The notes under the pieces are model-generated. The model did no database searches. It was given only the letters and a program-made list of their open reading frames with translations, and had not been told where the DNA came from. A stretch of DNA of 64,000 bases. Source: Ostrea edulis (taxonomy: Eukaryota). The stretch's first letter is position 1. Each line of letters opens with the position of its first letter. Position numbers and translations under genes: made by a program. Shown here piece after piece: positions 12,921 through 31,556 of this stretch. The stretch is from the NCBI RefSeq assembly GCF_947568905.1, contig NC_079165.1, forward strand, positions 98,022,001 to 98,086,000, read 5' to 3'.

Positions 12921-13633
12921 TAATGTGTTTCTTGGTGTATTTGCAAAAATTTGTATGTACATGTATATCCATTGAAGACTTGACCTACGTGTACTCTGTG
13001 ACACTGAAACTTCCCTGCACTAGCTATATGGTACTTCTTCGATATGGGCTATCTACATGTATATATGATGTTCACTCTCTATATTGTTATTTAACAGTGT
13101 TAAAGCCACGAGTTACAAATCTTAACTATAGCAGTGTAGTGACTTGTTCAATTAACACAAGTTCGTTTTTAGAAACGCTTTTGACCATATTTTCAATTGG
13201 GGTCAATTACTATTATTGGGAGATTTACTGAACAGTATGCCGCGCCACCATAATGCTCACCATTTTTTGTAACCATGAAAATATTGACTTCAGTAACTGA
13301 GTAACAAGACCTAAAGGCGGAAGGCGGTTGTTGATCACTTTATATAGCCTGTGGCTGAAGAAAATCCGACAGAAAGTTCTTAGTCCTCCGGGTCCACATT
13401 CAAAAGTATTGAGAGGTCAAAGAAAATAATAAACTGAAATCTACATCAAAACCAAGTTGAAATATATCGTTCCTTCAGCTGAAAAACTACCTGATGTTTC
13501 AAACAACTGACACTGTAAAAAAAAAAAAAAAAAAAAGGCTAGAATTTTTAACAAGAACGTTAAATCCAGTCTCGCTACATGTATGCCTTGTCTAAAAGAT
13601 ATGGAGGGCAACTGATACTAGTGTTAATTACTT

Positions 13634-15065
13634 ACTTAGGCCTGTCGTTCCGTGAGGAACATAGGCCATCGTCGACAGTCCTCCAACGAACACGATTCTA
13701 GGCTGCTTTTGCTGTGTCGTGCCAGATCATGTCCTGTACCTTTAATTCTGCTTCCGGGTCACGCCTTCAGATGTTTCTTGGACGTCCCCTCTTTCTGTTG
13801 CGCTGCGGGTTCCAGGTCAGGGCCTGGCGTGTGGTGTTGGATGGTGGCTTCCTCAGGGTATGTCCAATTCAGCCCCACTTCCTCCGTCTGATTTGCATGT
13901 CTAATGGTTCCTGCTCTGCTCTCTTCCATAGTTTTTCATTTGTGATCTTTTCAGGCCATCGGATGTTGAAGATGCGCCTGAGACAGGTGTTGTAAAATGT
14001 CTGGATCTTCTGCAGGGTTGTTTTTGGTTGTTCTCTATGTCTTTGCTCCATACAGTAAGATGGACTTTTAAAACATTGGAGTTGAGGATCCACAGTTTGG
14101 TAGTAATGCAGATGTTCTTTGAGGTCCAGATGTTCTTTAGCATGGTAAACGCAGCTTTTGCCTTGCTGATTCTTGACTTGATGTCACGGTCACGGTCTGT
14201 GCCACCATATGTCCACCACACTCCTCAGGTAGATGAAAGACTCAACTTCTCTGATGGGCTCACCACCTACTGTGACTGGTAATACGCAACTTCTGAGATA
14301 TCAACTCTTCTGTGATAGAGGTACATTCAGTGTTCTGTTGAACGCTTGGGTAGGTACAAGATGTATACATATACTATAGACTAGCTATGTAAATACGGAT
14401 AAAAGTAATGAAAGTGTATATTTTGTTCATATCAGCCGTTGGTATACATTAAACTGACCATATGGAGAATACATGTAATATTTGATTGAATTAAGCCATT
14501 AAATTAAATATGAAATTATTTTTATTTCCTCTTCTCCATAAGCGATATTTTAATCAAAGAAAAATGGTGATTATCGATTTTTGTTTGAGCTATTTTATTA
14601 TTAGATACTAATAAACTTACTAATATTGTGTATCCCTGCAGTTTGGGCAATATATGAAGGCAGCGATAAGCATTTGTACCCACCGCGTGTGGACGATATT
14701 ATGTTTGCGTCTCACTGTGCGTAAGAGTTCCACAAAGGGAAATAACTATTGGGCAACTCGGAAATTGTGTATTGGACAGTGGTGTTGATCTTCATCAATT
14801 CTGCTTTTCTTCAAGTTGATATTGAGTCCCGTTCCTGCTGATTGTTTTTGCAATGTGAGTTGTTTTGTCCTGTATTTGACTGTGGTTGTGCAAAAGGAGA
14901 GCCAGATCATCGGCAAGGTAGAGATCGTCATGAGTGTCCACTGTATACCATTGTTCCTGCCTGATGTGGTAGTCCTCATGATCCAGTCAATAACCAAGAG
15001 GAAGAGGAATGATGACAGCCAACATCCTTGTCGAACTCCTGTCTTGACCTCAAAACTCTCGGAGA
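13634..15065 (-). mobile_element. 5'-truncated RTE-clade LINE, interrupted by a ~490-bp insertion (about 14283-14765)
   Basis: 15065-14766: GVRQGCWLSSFLFLLVIDWIM, DDLYLADDL, GLNINLKK. 14282-13640: [50 protein letters not shown]. (TAAG)n-type tail at 13627-13640. Confidence 0.85.
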
Positions 15066-16269
15066 TGTTTTAAAATGCTTTAGTCTTATAAATATATTAA
15101 TCTGGTCCAGTAAGAATTACTCTAAAGCATCTACAGCGGCTTTCAATTTTTTTGGAGATATCACAAAGGTGGGATTGTGTGGTGGAAATCGGAGATACTG
15201 TGTGATGCCTTGAAGTGTTCTTGCCTCCAATCACTTGGTTGCGTTTTTAAGTCGCACGATATTCTTGCAACACTCCGGCGCGATTAAATATCAGTTGCAT
15301 AGCCACAAAAGAGCAGTAGTTAGGTCCTGATGTGTCTGTATGAAAATACGATTACACAAATCGTGTAAACTTGTATGGTACTAAGATGTCAGTCGTAAAA
15401 TAGCAGCACCAGGTTACTGGCGGTGTCATGGACGCCGCTCAGAAGCTGGACTCGATAGTTTAATGAATTAAAAAGCAAAACAAAAACCTGCTTACTTAAT
15501 GCACTGGGACACATCAACCAAATAGTATATAATCTCAAAATGTGCATTTTTAGTTATAAAATAAATAAAGTAAAAAAAAAAATAATAAATGGTATGAAAC
15601 ATAATTATTTTTGTATTTTGCAGGGGGAAATATGCAAGTTTATTTTTACGTAAATTTTCTTGAATGAAATGGATGGTTATTGGATGTCAGAAATTAATAT
15701 CGATAAACTTGGAAATACATGTATTTCTTGAAATTGGAATATTAAACATGTTTTGATAATTATGTGTAATATAGCAATTTCATAGACCCGGCTGATAAGT
15801 ACAGGTAGTTAGACTGTTTAAAACGGACAATATATACAAATGGACCATTCAGGTGTGAAAATCAAGCTTAAAAGTTTTAGCCATATCAATTTCAATTAAG
15901 TGGTAATGCAATTCGTACACAAATTGTTTAGTATACACATCGGGGTTTGCCTATGGCATCTTCTACCTCCAGTCATCTTCACTATGGTGATCGATTTGAT
16001 ATAATGGCAATAACACCTCGACGAGGCATACAGTGGACCCAACTACCACAAAAGTAGAGGTACTGATGTGAGACAGGATTCAGGATTATGAAACATCTTA
16101 AGCTTAAGTATAAATGTGAATTAACCTAGTCGGGTTATGTAATATATTCTTGCGCAGAGTTTACGGTGCGGATCTAAGTAGTCTGGTTTTAATTAGATTG
16201 GCCATGAAATGGTTGATAAGTCTATATTTCCAAAATAAAATTGTATTTAATATTGCTTCATCAACCTAC

Positions 16270-18480
16270 TGTGTAAGGGTGGGAAGAGGAGCAGACATTA
16301 CATCTGACCACCAACTGAAGCTGAAGAAGAACTGGATGAAACCAACTGTAAAGAGGCAGAAGTACTACTGAAAGACCCGACGACCAGACAGGATTTCAAG
16401 CTGTCCCTTATCACCAAATATCAAGTGCTACAAAAACTGCTCGAGGAAGAGGCTAAGGTGGAGACCTACTGGCAAAACGTGAATGAGACATTTACACCAA
16501 CCTCTCAGAAAGTAATGGGCCCCAAGACACATAAACAGAAGGAATGGATATCGGCAGACGCATTGCGCAAGATACATGGGCGAAAACAGAAGAAGACAAC
16601 AGTAAACAACAGCCAAACAAGGGCAGCAAAGGCCAGAGCAGAAGAAGACTTCACAAAAGCCAACAGAGAAGTGAAGATTAGCGCAAAAGCAGACAAGCAG
16701 ACGTATGTGATATCCTGACAGAAGAAGCAGAGGAAGCAGCAGCCAGTAACAACATGAAGCAGCTGTACGACACATACCACCAAGAAACTGTCCGAAAGTA
16801 CTTCAGACCAGAGCGACCAATCAAGGACAAAGAAGGAAACACTGTCAAAGAAAGAAAGCAACAGCCGAACAGATTGGCTAAACACTTTGAAGAGCTCCTA
16901 AACAGACCCGTCCCCCGATATTCCCCTGACATCGATCCAGCCGACAAAGACCTGGACATCAATTGTGGGTAACCAACGCGATAGGAGATCAGGAAAGCCA
17001 TCAAGCTATTGAGGAACGGTAAGGCTGCAGGAACAGACAACATCCCTGCAGAAGCTCCCAGAGCAGACCTGGAAACATCTATAGCGATGTTCAACCCTCT
17101 TTTCATGAAGATATGGGAAGAAGAAGAGATACCAGCAGAATGGAAAGAAGGCTACTTAATCAAGGTACATGTACCCAAGAAGAGAGACCTCAGCAATTGT
17201 GTAAACTACAGAGGAATAACGCTTCTGTCGGTGCTAGGAAAGGTCTTTAACAGGATCCTTCTATAAAGAATGAGATGCGAAGTTGACCGCCTCCTCCGAG
17301 ACCAGCAGGTCGGCTTCCGCTAGAAGAAGTCATGCGTCGATCAGATTGCAACATTGCGTATCTTCGTTGTGTATGCGCAGTCTTTAGAGTGGAATTCATG
17401 GCTGTACATCAACTTCATCGACTATAAGAAGGCGTTTAAAAGCGTTGACCTCGAAAAACCCCTGGAAACTGCTTCGCCATTATGGAGTACCAACTAAACT
17501 GGTCACCTTGATCAAGAACTCCTACGAAGGAATAACTTGCCGAGTGATCCATGGTGAACAGATCACAGACAGTTTCGGTGTGAGGACTTGAGTCAGACAA
17601 GGTTGCATTCTGTCACCTTTTCTCTTCCTGGTGATCGACTGGACCATGAAGACATCAACAGCACACAGAAAAAATGAAATCCAATGAACACTATAGAATC
17701 ATTTTGATGACTAATTGGAAGTTGCTGACGACTTAACCCTGCTTTCCCACAGTCACCAACAGATGCAGGACAAGAGAACATACCTGGAAGTTACATCTTC
17801 ACAAGTTGGACTCAGGATCTACGAGGGAAAGACCAAGATCCTCAAAATCAACACGAAATGTGAGGACCCAGTCATACTGCATGGAAGCTAGCTGGAAGAA
17901 GTGGAGACCTTCATATACCTAGGCAACACCACTGACAAGCAACATCAGATCAAGGCGAGGGCAACATATATTTGCAGCTGCAGAACATCTGGAGCTCCGA
18001 GGTGGTGTCGACTTGCACAAAGATGAGGCTGTTCAACTCCATTGTCAAGTCAGTGCTACTGTATGGAGCGGAGATATGGAGGACAACAAAGACCACCGCC
18101 AGAAAAGTGCAGACTTTCATCAACAGCTGTCTGAGAAGATTCCCGCATATCCACAGGCTTGACACCATCCGCAACTCAGACCTGTAGCAGCGTACCAATC
18201 AACTGTCAACCAAAGACTAGATCTGGCGCAAAAAAATGGGAATTGATTGGACACACCCTGAGGAAACCAGTCAATAACGTCACCAGACGGGCGCTCTCGT
18301 GGAATCCCCAGGGAAAACGGAAAAGAGGACGATCAAGAAACACCTGGCGACGCGATCTTGAGTCAGACAGCAAGAATAGGGTACACCTGGAAACAGTTAG
18401 AGAGGGCAGCCCATGACCGACTCTGGTGGACTGTTGTCGACGGCCTATGCTTCGAGAGGAGCAATGGGCATAAGCCTGGG
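16270..18480 (+). mobile_element. Degenerate RTE-clade LINE (APE end + RT + C-terminus)
   Basis: RGADITSDH (APE), [81 protein letters not shown]; many stops and frameshifts. Confidence 0.92.
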
Positions 18481-18599
18481 CAAGTAAACTATACTGTCTG
18501 AAAATCAAGAGTTTCAATTTAAATGTAATGAACATCTTATAGGTGATTGAAATTTTGACTTAAATTGCCTGAATTGGTTACATGATCCAGGGGCGTGGT

Positions 18600-18770
18600 A
18601 TCGGACAGACCTGTGCATTAAGGAAGTAAACAGATTCACATACATGGGAAGTATTGTAGATAAAAGGGAAGGAACAGAAGGCAAAATATCAAAAATAGAA
18701 AGACACACATGTATTTTCCAAAATAAGACCAATCTGGAAAAACAGGAACATCAGTCTAATTAAAATTAGC
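18600..18770 (+). mobile_element. Older RTE fragment (RT domain 7 region)
   Basis: Translates RFTYMGSIVDKREGTE. Confidence 0.55.
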
Positions 18771-18897
18771 CCCTACATTTTATCATTTGTTATGGCATAA
18801 TTTTAATTAGATTGCAGAAACATGAGATTACGGATTAGAAACATATATCTTGTTACACGGTATTGAGATGAATTGAAATATAAATAAAAGATAATAA

Positions 18898-19300
18898 AGT
18901 AAAGTAAAGTAAATTTTATTTAAAGTCGGCACTATATACATTCAACATATCAAACACAAGCTCTATAGAGCTTTTTAACCGACTAATCATATATATGTAT
19001 ATCAAGGACAAAGACACATAGCATGCATGTACACATATACACAGACATATCACAGATTAACAAAAGAATACAAAATAAAAGAAAACATTTCATGCAAGAA
19101 TATATACAGATACGAAAGCATAAGATTATAAGAGGAAGAAATAAAATACTACAAGCAAGAGTATATGTTTATAAAAATCATCATTAAAAAACAAACTAAT
19201 TAGCTATATTTGTTGCTAATATTGCGAAAAGTGTAAGCTGTTTCAAGTAGAAAGCTGGATAAATAGTAAAAGAATTTTGAAAATAATTTAAATATAATTA
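18898..19300 (-). mobile_element. Probable CR1/L2-type LINE 3' end
   Basis: (TTTAC)n tail on the minus strand preceded by the hairpin AAGCTCTATAGAGCTT; the coding remnant is weak. Confidence 0.4.
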
Positions 19301-19479
19301 AAATCAATAATGGTAGTAAATTAATCGTATAAATATCTAAAAATGTAAAACAAAACCTTACATATATATAATATATAAACGTAAAATACCGGCTACCGAT
19401 ATGCAAAGTCATCGCGACATGGGCTGATTTTTTTTAATATCGGCACTTTCGTACTAGATTCATTCAATTTTTATTATCG

Positions 19480-19702
19480 TGATTACTCCCCCTTTAAGGG
19501 GCCTGTCCCTTCATCAGAACAAACTTGAAATCTCTTTACCCAAGGACGCTTTGTGCCATGTTTGGTTGAAATTGGCCTAGCAGTTCTGGAGAGAAAGTTG
19601 AAAATGTAAAAAAGTTTACTGACAGACAGACGGAGAGATGGACACCGGACAAAACGTGATCAGAAATACTCACTTGAGCTTGCAGCTCAGCTGAGCTAAA
19701 AA
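19480..19702 (+). mobile_element. Helentron-associated non-autonomous element (HINE) 3' part
   Basis: GACA/GACG microsatellite followed by the hairpin CTCACTTGAGCTTGCAGCTCAGCTGAGCTAAAAA, the layout of oyster HINEs as recalled. Confidence 0.6.
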
Positions 19703-20071
19703 GGGAGAAGCTCTCTAGTTCTACGTGTTTGCATTAGTAGTATAAATATATCTATATTCTCAATAAAATAATCTACATCTAGGCTGGCTGATTTGTTGCT
19801 CAAATATCGAGTTAGCTCGAACATGTTGTCAAACCATTGTGGTATATTAAAACAATAAAATCTAAATTTATTAATGACAATGGAAAATAAGTATTTTTGT
19901 TGAATATAAGAAAATATATCGTCATTTGTTTGCAGCTGGAAATAAACATTTCCTTGTCATCTTCACGACGAATAAAATTGTTATGTAATACATGTAGTTA
20001 TCATAAAATGATATATTCAATTTTGCGGATTTTGCTAATTCATAATCGTTATAATTAAATTTTGGAAAGAA

Positions 20072-20271
20072 NNNNNNNNNNNNNNNNNNNNNNNNNNNNN
20101 NNNNNNNNNNNNNNNNNNNNNNNNNNNNNNNNNNNNNNNNNNNNNNNNNNNNNNNNNNNNNNNNNNNNNNNNNNNNNNNNNNNNNNNNNNNNNNNNNNNN
20201 NNNNNNNNNNNNNNNNNNNNNNNNNNNNNNNNNNNNNNNNNNNNNNNNNNNNNNNNNNNNNNNNNNNNNNN
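20072..20271. other. Assembly gap (200 N)
   Basis: N run. Confidence 1.
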
Positions 20272-20880
20272 CCACATCTTTCCCACACAATTTCTTGAGA
20301 ACCATTCACTCGATCATAGTGATATTTGAAATTTCATATGTAGGTTGGTTTTATCTAGAAGAAGACCCCTATTGATTTTGAGGTCAAAGATCAAGGATCG
20401 ATCCACTCTAAACATAGGAAGAGAAATCTTGAGAACCCTTTCCTTGACAGATATCAGACTTGGTACACTGGTACTAAGGAGTAGATGACTCCTATTGATT
20501 TTGAGGGCACATGGTCATTTAGGTCAAGGGTGAAACTGAACCTAGGAAGATATTGTTTGCTCAATATTTTGCAAACTTTTTGCTTGAAAGACATCAAACT
20601 TTGTACACTGGTACATCAATCATAAAGCGTAGATGACCCCCTATTAATTTTGGGTTTGTGTGGCCAAGGGTCAAACTGGACATGGTAATATATTGTCTCC
20701 TATATTTTAAGAATCATTTGCTTGATTGACATCAAACTTGGTATACTGGTAAATCCTAAGGAGTAGATGACCCCTTTTGATTTTTAGGTTACATGGTCAA
20801 AAGTCAAGGGTCAATCCACTCTGGACAAAGGAAGATATTGTCCTGCTCCGTATCTTGAATATGGTTTGGCACTACTCAAT
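20272..20880 (-). repeat. Tandem ~130-150-bp HINE core units next to the N gap
   Basis: GATGACCCCTATTGATTTTGAGGTCA-like motif recurs at about 20361, 20481, 20630 and 20762. Confidence 0.55.
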
Positions 20881-21010
20881 TAAATTATTGTGTTTAACCC
20901 TTTTCAATTTTGTACCACAGGGGGCATATATGTTTTACAAGCATTTCTTGTTTCTTTTGTGCAACAATTCAGGAAAATTTTATAACTTATGTTACTTTAA
21001 TTATTTTCAG

Positions 21011-26647
<5,637 letters not shown>

Positions 26648-26775
26648 TATCATATAAAATGGACATTTGTGCGTTGAATAAAGCCTCGGAGTGCTTTTGT
26701 AATATGTACTTCTTTTGTCACTTTACGTTTAATAAATATTCTCATCTCATGATCGAAGTTATTATTTATATTTGT

Positions 26776-26958
26776 CATGCTTAGAGGTTACTTATACTCC
26801 TCCTAGGCACCTGATCCCACCTCTGGTATATCCAGGGGTCCGTGTTTGTCTGATCCCACCTCTGGTATATCCAGGGGTCCGTGTTTGCCCAACTCTCTAT
26901 TTTGTATTGTTTATAGGAGTTATGAGATCGATCACTGTTCGTTATCTTCACCTTTCAT
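26776..26958 (+). mobile_element. Penelope-like 3' UTR fragment with internal tandem duplication, just after the PSMB7 polyA signal
   Basis: TGATCCCACCTCTGGTATATCCAGGGGTCCGTGTTTG occurs twice; ends CACCTTTCAT. Confidence 0.8.
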
Positions 26959-27161
26959 CGAACTATGTATTCTTAGCTAGACAAGAGAGCTGGTGAACAT
27001 CATGCACAATTTATTTATTATATATGCTATCAAAATTTTAGTATATATATGCCCTGCATGCAGTAAAAATTTCATACAAAAGAATATGATATAGAAAGAA
27101 AAAAAAATTCTAAAATGGCATATCACAGACTGAAAATTGCCCTGATGATAAAATGTTTGCA

Positions 27162-28985
27162 TCACAGCTTGCAAAGCTTGCTGTCAAAACGGATGACTTG
27201 TTCCTCCAATGGTTTATCTTTCTTCCACACTGAGGGAATGATAAGCACTTCTGGACCCCTCTTTGGTCTCCAGATCAAAACTTGAGCACTATTTGCATTT
27301 GGAGGCATCAAAGCACAACGTGGTATTGGAATTTTGTTTTCCAGCACATCAGGTTGTTTTGGAATGGGGTTACTGATCAACTTGGCTCTTTGACCCTGGG
27401 GCTTGGTGGGATCTACAGCTATTTCTAAGAACATATTCCAACGCACTGTCTTCAGAATGTATGCCTTGTGATCAGACATATTCCAGGCTACCAGCCAGAC
27501 ATAAAATGTCTGATTTCTGCAAATATGAGTGAGATTGGGTACAGTTTGGTTGCGATTGGCAGGGTTTCTCCATGTGACATGAGGATGGAAGTTGTCATTC
27601 ATGGCAATGGTAGCTGACTGGTACATCTTGCATGGTCCTTCGAAGATGACGGTCTCATTACGAGATCCATACCAAGGATAATGATGACCATCACAATCGC
27701 TTATCATTGACTGCTGACCACTAGTCAGTTCTGGAAACTCCCAGCTTGTGCTGAAAGGAGAATATTACATGTATTAAATGCCTTCATGGTATAACCCAAC
27801 TCCATTTTAACTTTCAGTAAATGGTGGTTTAACAAATTATTTGATAGATGGAATGAAGAACAATTGGAACTTTTACAATTTTTATTAATGCCTAGCTGAA
27901 TATATACATGTATTATGTTTTACATCTACTGAACATCGTGACACGTAGGTGTTTGAAAATTGGTAAAAATGGTATTGCCTTAGTTTTAAACGTTTGGATG
28001 GTGAAAATTAAATGAACATTTGTGACCAATTCTACCAATATGTAGGTTTAGATTGTGTATAGTATTGAATGCAAAAGAAATTAAAGGTGTACTTTAAAAT
28101 TTCAAGGCCTGAAAATTATGTCCTACCTACAGTAATCTTTTTTTTCCCTGCACATAATAAATGAAACACTACAAATTAAGCTTTAGACCAGTACCTGAAG
28201 GTCAGCTACATGTAATTGAAATAGACTTACAATCCTTCATCCCCATAGGTGTTATGAAACATCATGTCTGTACAAGCTTGGATCCAGCCTACTTTCCACA
28301 TCTGTGTGTCATTCATTGGTGACATCTCTATTGTTGCACTGACTCTACAATAATTAATGTTTTCAAATGAATGAATCACAAACTGTAATATACATATTCA
28401 ATTGGTCATAGTTCAAAAAAAACATTTTCGATGCTCTTAATCAATACTGAATAGGTGATATCACTTTTATTATTTTTTTTTAAATTGAATGTATGATAGT
28501 CACCATAGGCGTAGCTTGGGTTCGAATATTACCGAGGTAGGGGGGTCTGGGGGGCGCAACCCCCTAGAAGCTATCGACATTTTAACAACGTAAAAGGTGG
28601 GTTTTTTTTTTTTTACCAAGGCAGCTGCCTCGGTTGCCTCAATGGAAGCTACGCCACTGAGATGTCACTTAATATTCAAATAGGTGATATCTCTTGATCA
28701 GTGTCGGATTTAAGGGGGGGGGGGGGGGGGGGGGGGGGAGCAGACAGTGTCAGACTGATTATATTGATGAAAATACTGAAGTTATAGTTACCTAAAATTT
28801 GGTGTTCTGTACTTTAACACTGATGCTGAACTTTCATCAATAGATGTTGCATGCTTTTCTATTTTGGCATGAAAGTTGAGAACTCTAATCTTCTGGTGAA
28901 CTTCTTTCGAGTTATCTGTACCGATCGCAGTTTGTTTACACCATTCTTCCGGGATATTTGCGCAAACAGTCGGTTTTCCTTCCAT
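27162..28985 (-). CDS. FAM78: FAM78 family protein (FAM78A/B co-ortholog), 3 exons, 298 aa
   Basis: Minus-strand exons 28985-28792, 28344-28231, 27750-27162 splice in frame. Motifs IDESS..VLKYRTP, WKVGWIQACTDM, SDCDGHHYPWYG, MNDNFHPHVTW, PPNANSAQVLIWRPKRGP match FAM78 as recalled. Confidence 0.93.
28503..28659. mobile_element. Small MITE in FAM78 intron 1
   Basis: Inverted ends GGCGTAGCTT ... AAGCTACGCC with a G-rich interior. Confidence 0.55.
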
Positions 28986-29397
28986 TTTAAAGATTTCTGT
29001 CTTTACCTTGCAGAGGAAATAGCAGAAGAGATAGTTTAATTAAGCCGCCCGTAGACGATTGTAATTTCCCGCTTCCCGAAATACTTTGCGAGGTGATTGT
29101 ACGTCACAGTGAACCCACGTGGAAAAAATCTTTGAATATTTCTTTTTCACATATAATTTTGTAGAACTATAATATTTCTATAGTTATGTTATGTTATATA
29201 AAAACTATTACCATAAATATTATTTTAAAGAAATGAATTTTGTAACTAATATAAACAAATATGTATAAATAGTAACATATCCCACAATTCCATGTGCAAC
29301 TTCCGAATTTGAATATGGCATCACGCTGGTGAGTCGGTAAATTGTTGCGCATTGGAAATGACTTTATAGCTCATATATATTCAAGCATCCAATTGCA
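28986..29397. promoter_or_regulatory. Putative bidirectional promoter FAM78 / PLPP6
   Basis: Only 412 bp between divergent ATGs; TACGTCAC (CRE-like), CACGTG (E-box) and CTTCC(C)GAA motifs. Function is inferred. Confidence 0.55.
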
Positions 29398-31556
29398 ATG
29401 TCTGCAATTCAGCGAAGAAAGAGGCGTGCAAATGGAGGTCACAGAAAAGACACACCTGATGTAAAAATTATGAAATCCATGGACTCCTTTGCTCGATCGA
29501 TCTCGTCAATAGATTACCAATTGACGCAGAAATTCAGTATATGTGCCAGACCAAACTCTCAGATGGGCGGTTTAAGACCCCTAATGAAATTACTGGAGAT
29601 ATCATGCCACGGAATCCCGTGGTTGTTGGGAACTGTTGTGTTGCTTTTATCTGTTCACAAACCTGAACATTTAGAAATCCTAATGAATTTGTTAATCGGT
29701 AAGATATTGTGGTGCAGCACCATTGGATAATTTAATACATAATTCAGTTTTATTCGCAACCCCTATTATGATATAAATACTAAATAGCATTACTCATGAA
29801 AATCACTGCCTTCAAAACATGATTACACATAGGGAGGTGAACAGTCCATATCTCGTATCCATTATGTTCTCAATCTTTATATAAATATCTAAGTTTAGAA
29901 CGTAATGGATTTATAAGAAGTCCCTGTGTCTCTCCCATATCCCTCTTTTTTCTCTCTCTTCTTCCTACTTCCTCTCCAGGAATAGACATATTCTTTTTGT
30001 CTTACTTGCCCAAGTAAAGCAAATCAAACTTTCAATTGTCCGAATAAATGACCTTGTGGTCCAAATTTTTACTCTGATACACCTTTCAACCAGTAATTTT
30101 GATTATCCCTCTTTGTGGATTTTCCCTCGGGCTCCCTATGCTACCAATATTGTATAAAGAGCTGACAACTGTGAATTATAACTAATGATACAGGGTTTGA
30201 CACTAAGGCACGTCCGACCGACCGAGACTACTAAATGATAGGTCCGGTCGGGTAAAATGTTTATTTACTAGTCCGACTGGTCGTGTTAAAAATATAAACA
30301 AATTTAAGAAACTTTACTTTAAATCATAAGATATTTTATTCATAACAAAAATAACTGTTTATAATAATAATAATTTGCGAGCAATTTTGAACCGCATGAT
30401 GACACAATCTCTATCTTTAGTTCTAATTAGTCACGGTCGTAAGTGATGTTCAACGATATCTACACATTGTTAATGTGTGTAAAGTTATGTTTTGGTTAAA
30501 TAGAATTATTGAATTCATTTTCACTAAAAAAAACACCAAAACAGTTCATTTGAATTGAATATAAGAAAGTGTTTATTAAACATATGTGTGGGAATGTCTA
30601 TATAATCAAATATGAAATCTCGTCCTCAATGAAAGCAAAAGATGTCTCAAGAAAGAAAAAAAGGAAAACGTTGGGATGAAACAAAGCAGGGCTTATGAAA
30701 TAGAAATTTTTAAAAAAAATATTGAGGTCAATTTATTCTAAATGGATTAAAGAATTTCCGTGCCGTTAAAAATTTAAAGAAACTGAAAATAGGGTTGAAA
30801 GTAAAAGCATCAAATTGAATGACGAGATTAAAGATTTTTTTGAGAGAATTAAACGCATTTTAGTTCAAACTTAACGTTTTTCATTTAAATTAAGTACATG
30901 TATTTAGGGGGATGTCTTGATTTTTCTACACAAGCCCCTGTGGAATTATAATTTTAAAGTTAAAGACTACATTGGTGAAAGGCTGTAATGACAGTATTAA
31001 TAAATGCATTAAGACTGGGTCTGAGACTTTGCCATGCTTTATATAGATGATATTTGTCTGGGTGAGGAGTATAATCTTTGATCATCAAAGATGACACTTT
31101 GTTTATAGTTGTTGCATTTATCAACTCTCCTATTTTGTAATTCATATAAATTTGGTTTTTTATTACTTTACAGGTCTTATAGGAGATCTCATCATTATTG
31201 CAGTACTAAAGATGCTAGTCCAGCGAGAGAGACCACCCCTTAACAAATCAGATATGTTTGCTACCGTATCTGTCGACAACTTCTCCTTCCCATCAGGCCA
31301 TTGTTCAAGGGCTATCATGCTAGCTTACTTCTTTTCGGAGAAAGTAAATTTAGAAGCACCGATCCTTGGACTCATTGTTCTTTGGGCACTTGTGGTCTCA
31401 CTCTCCAGACTTCTTCTGGGTAGACATTATTTTAGTGATGTGGTTTTTGGAATGGTTCTTGGAGCAGTTGAGTTCAAACTTTTGTCTTATTATTGGCTCT
31501 CTCAAGAGAATTGCATGTTTGTTTTAGAACCATTTTTTGCTCATTTTCACTTGTAG
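29398..31556 (+). CDS. PLPP6: PAP2-family phospholipid phosphatase, PLPP6/PLPP7 co-ortholog, 2 exons, 227 aa
   Basis: Exons 29398-29698 and 31174-31556 (phase-1 intron). ISCHGIPWL motif; intact catalytic motifs C1 KMLVQRERP (K-X6-RP), C2 SFPSGH, C3 SRLLLGRHYFSD. Confidence 0.92.

Noticed and set aside
16270-18480. Active or domesticated reverse transcriptase gene
   Set aside because: Numerous stops and frameshifts and 5' truncation.
19922-20309. ORFs spanning the N runs (also 52242-52528)
   Set aside because: Artefacts of translating gaps.
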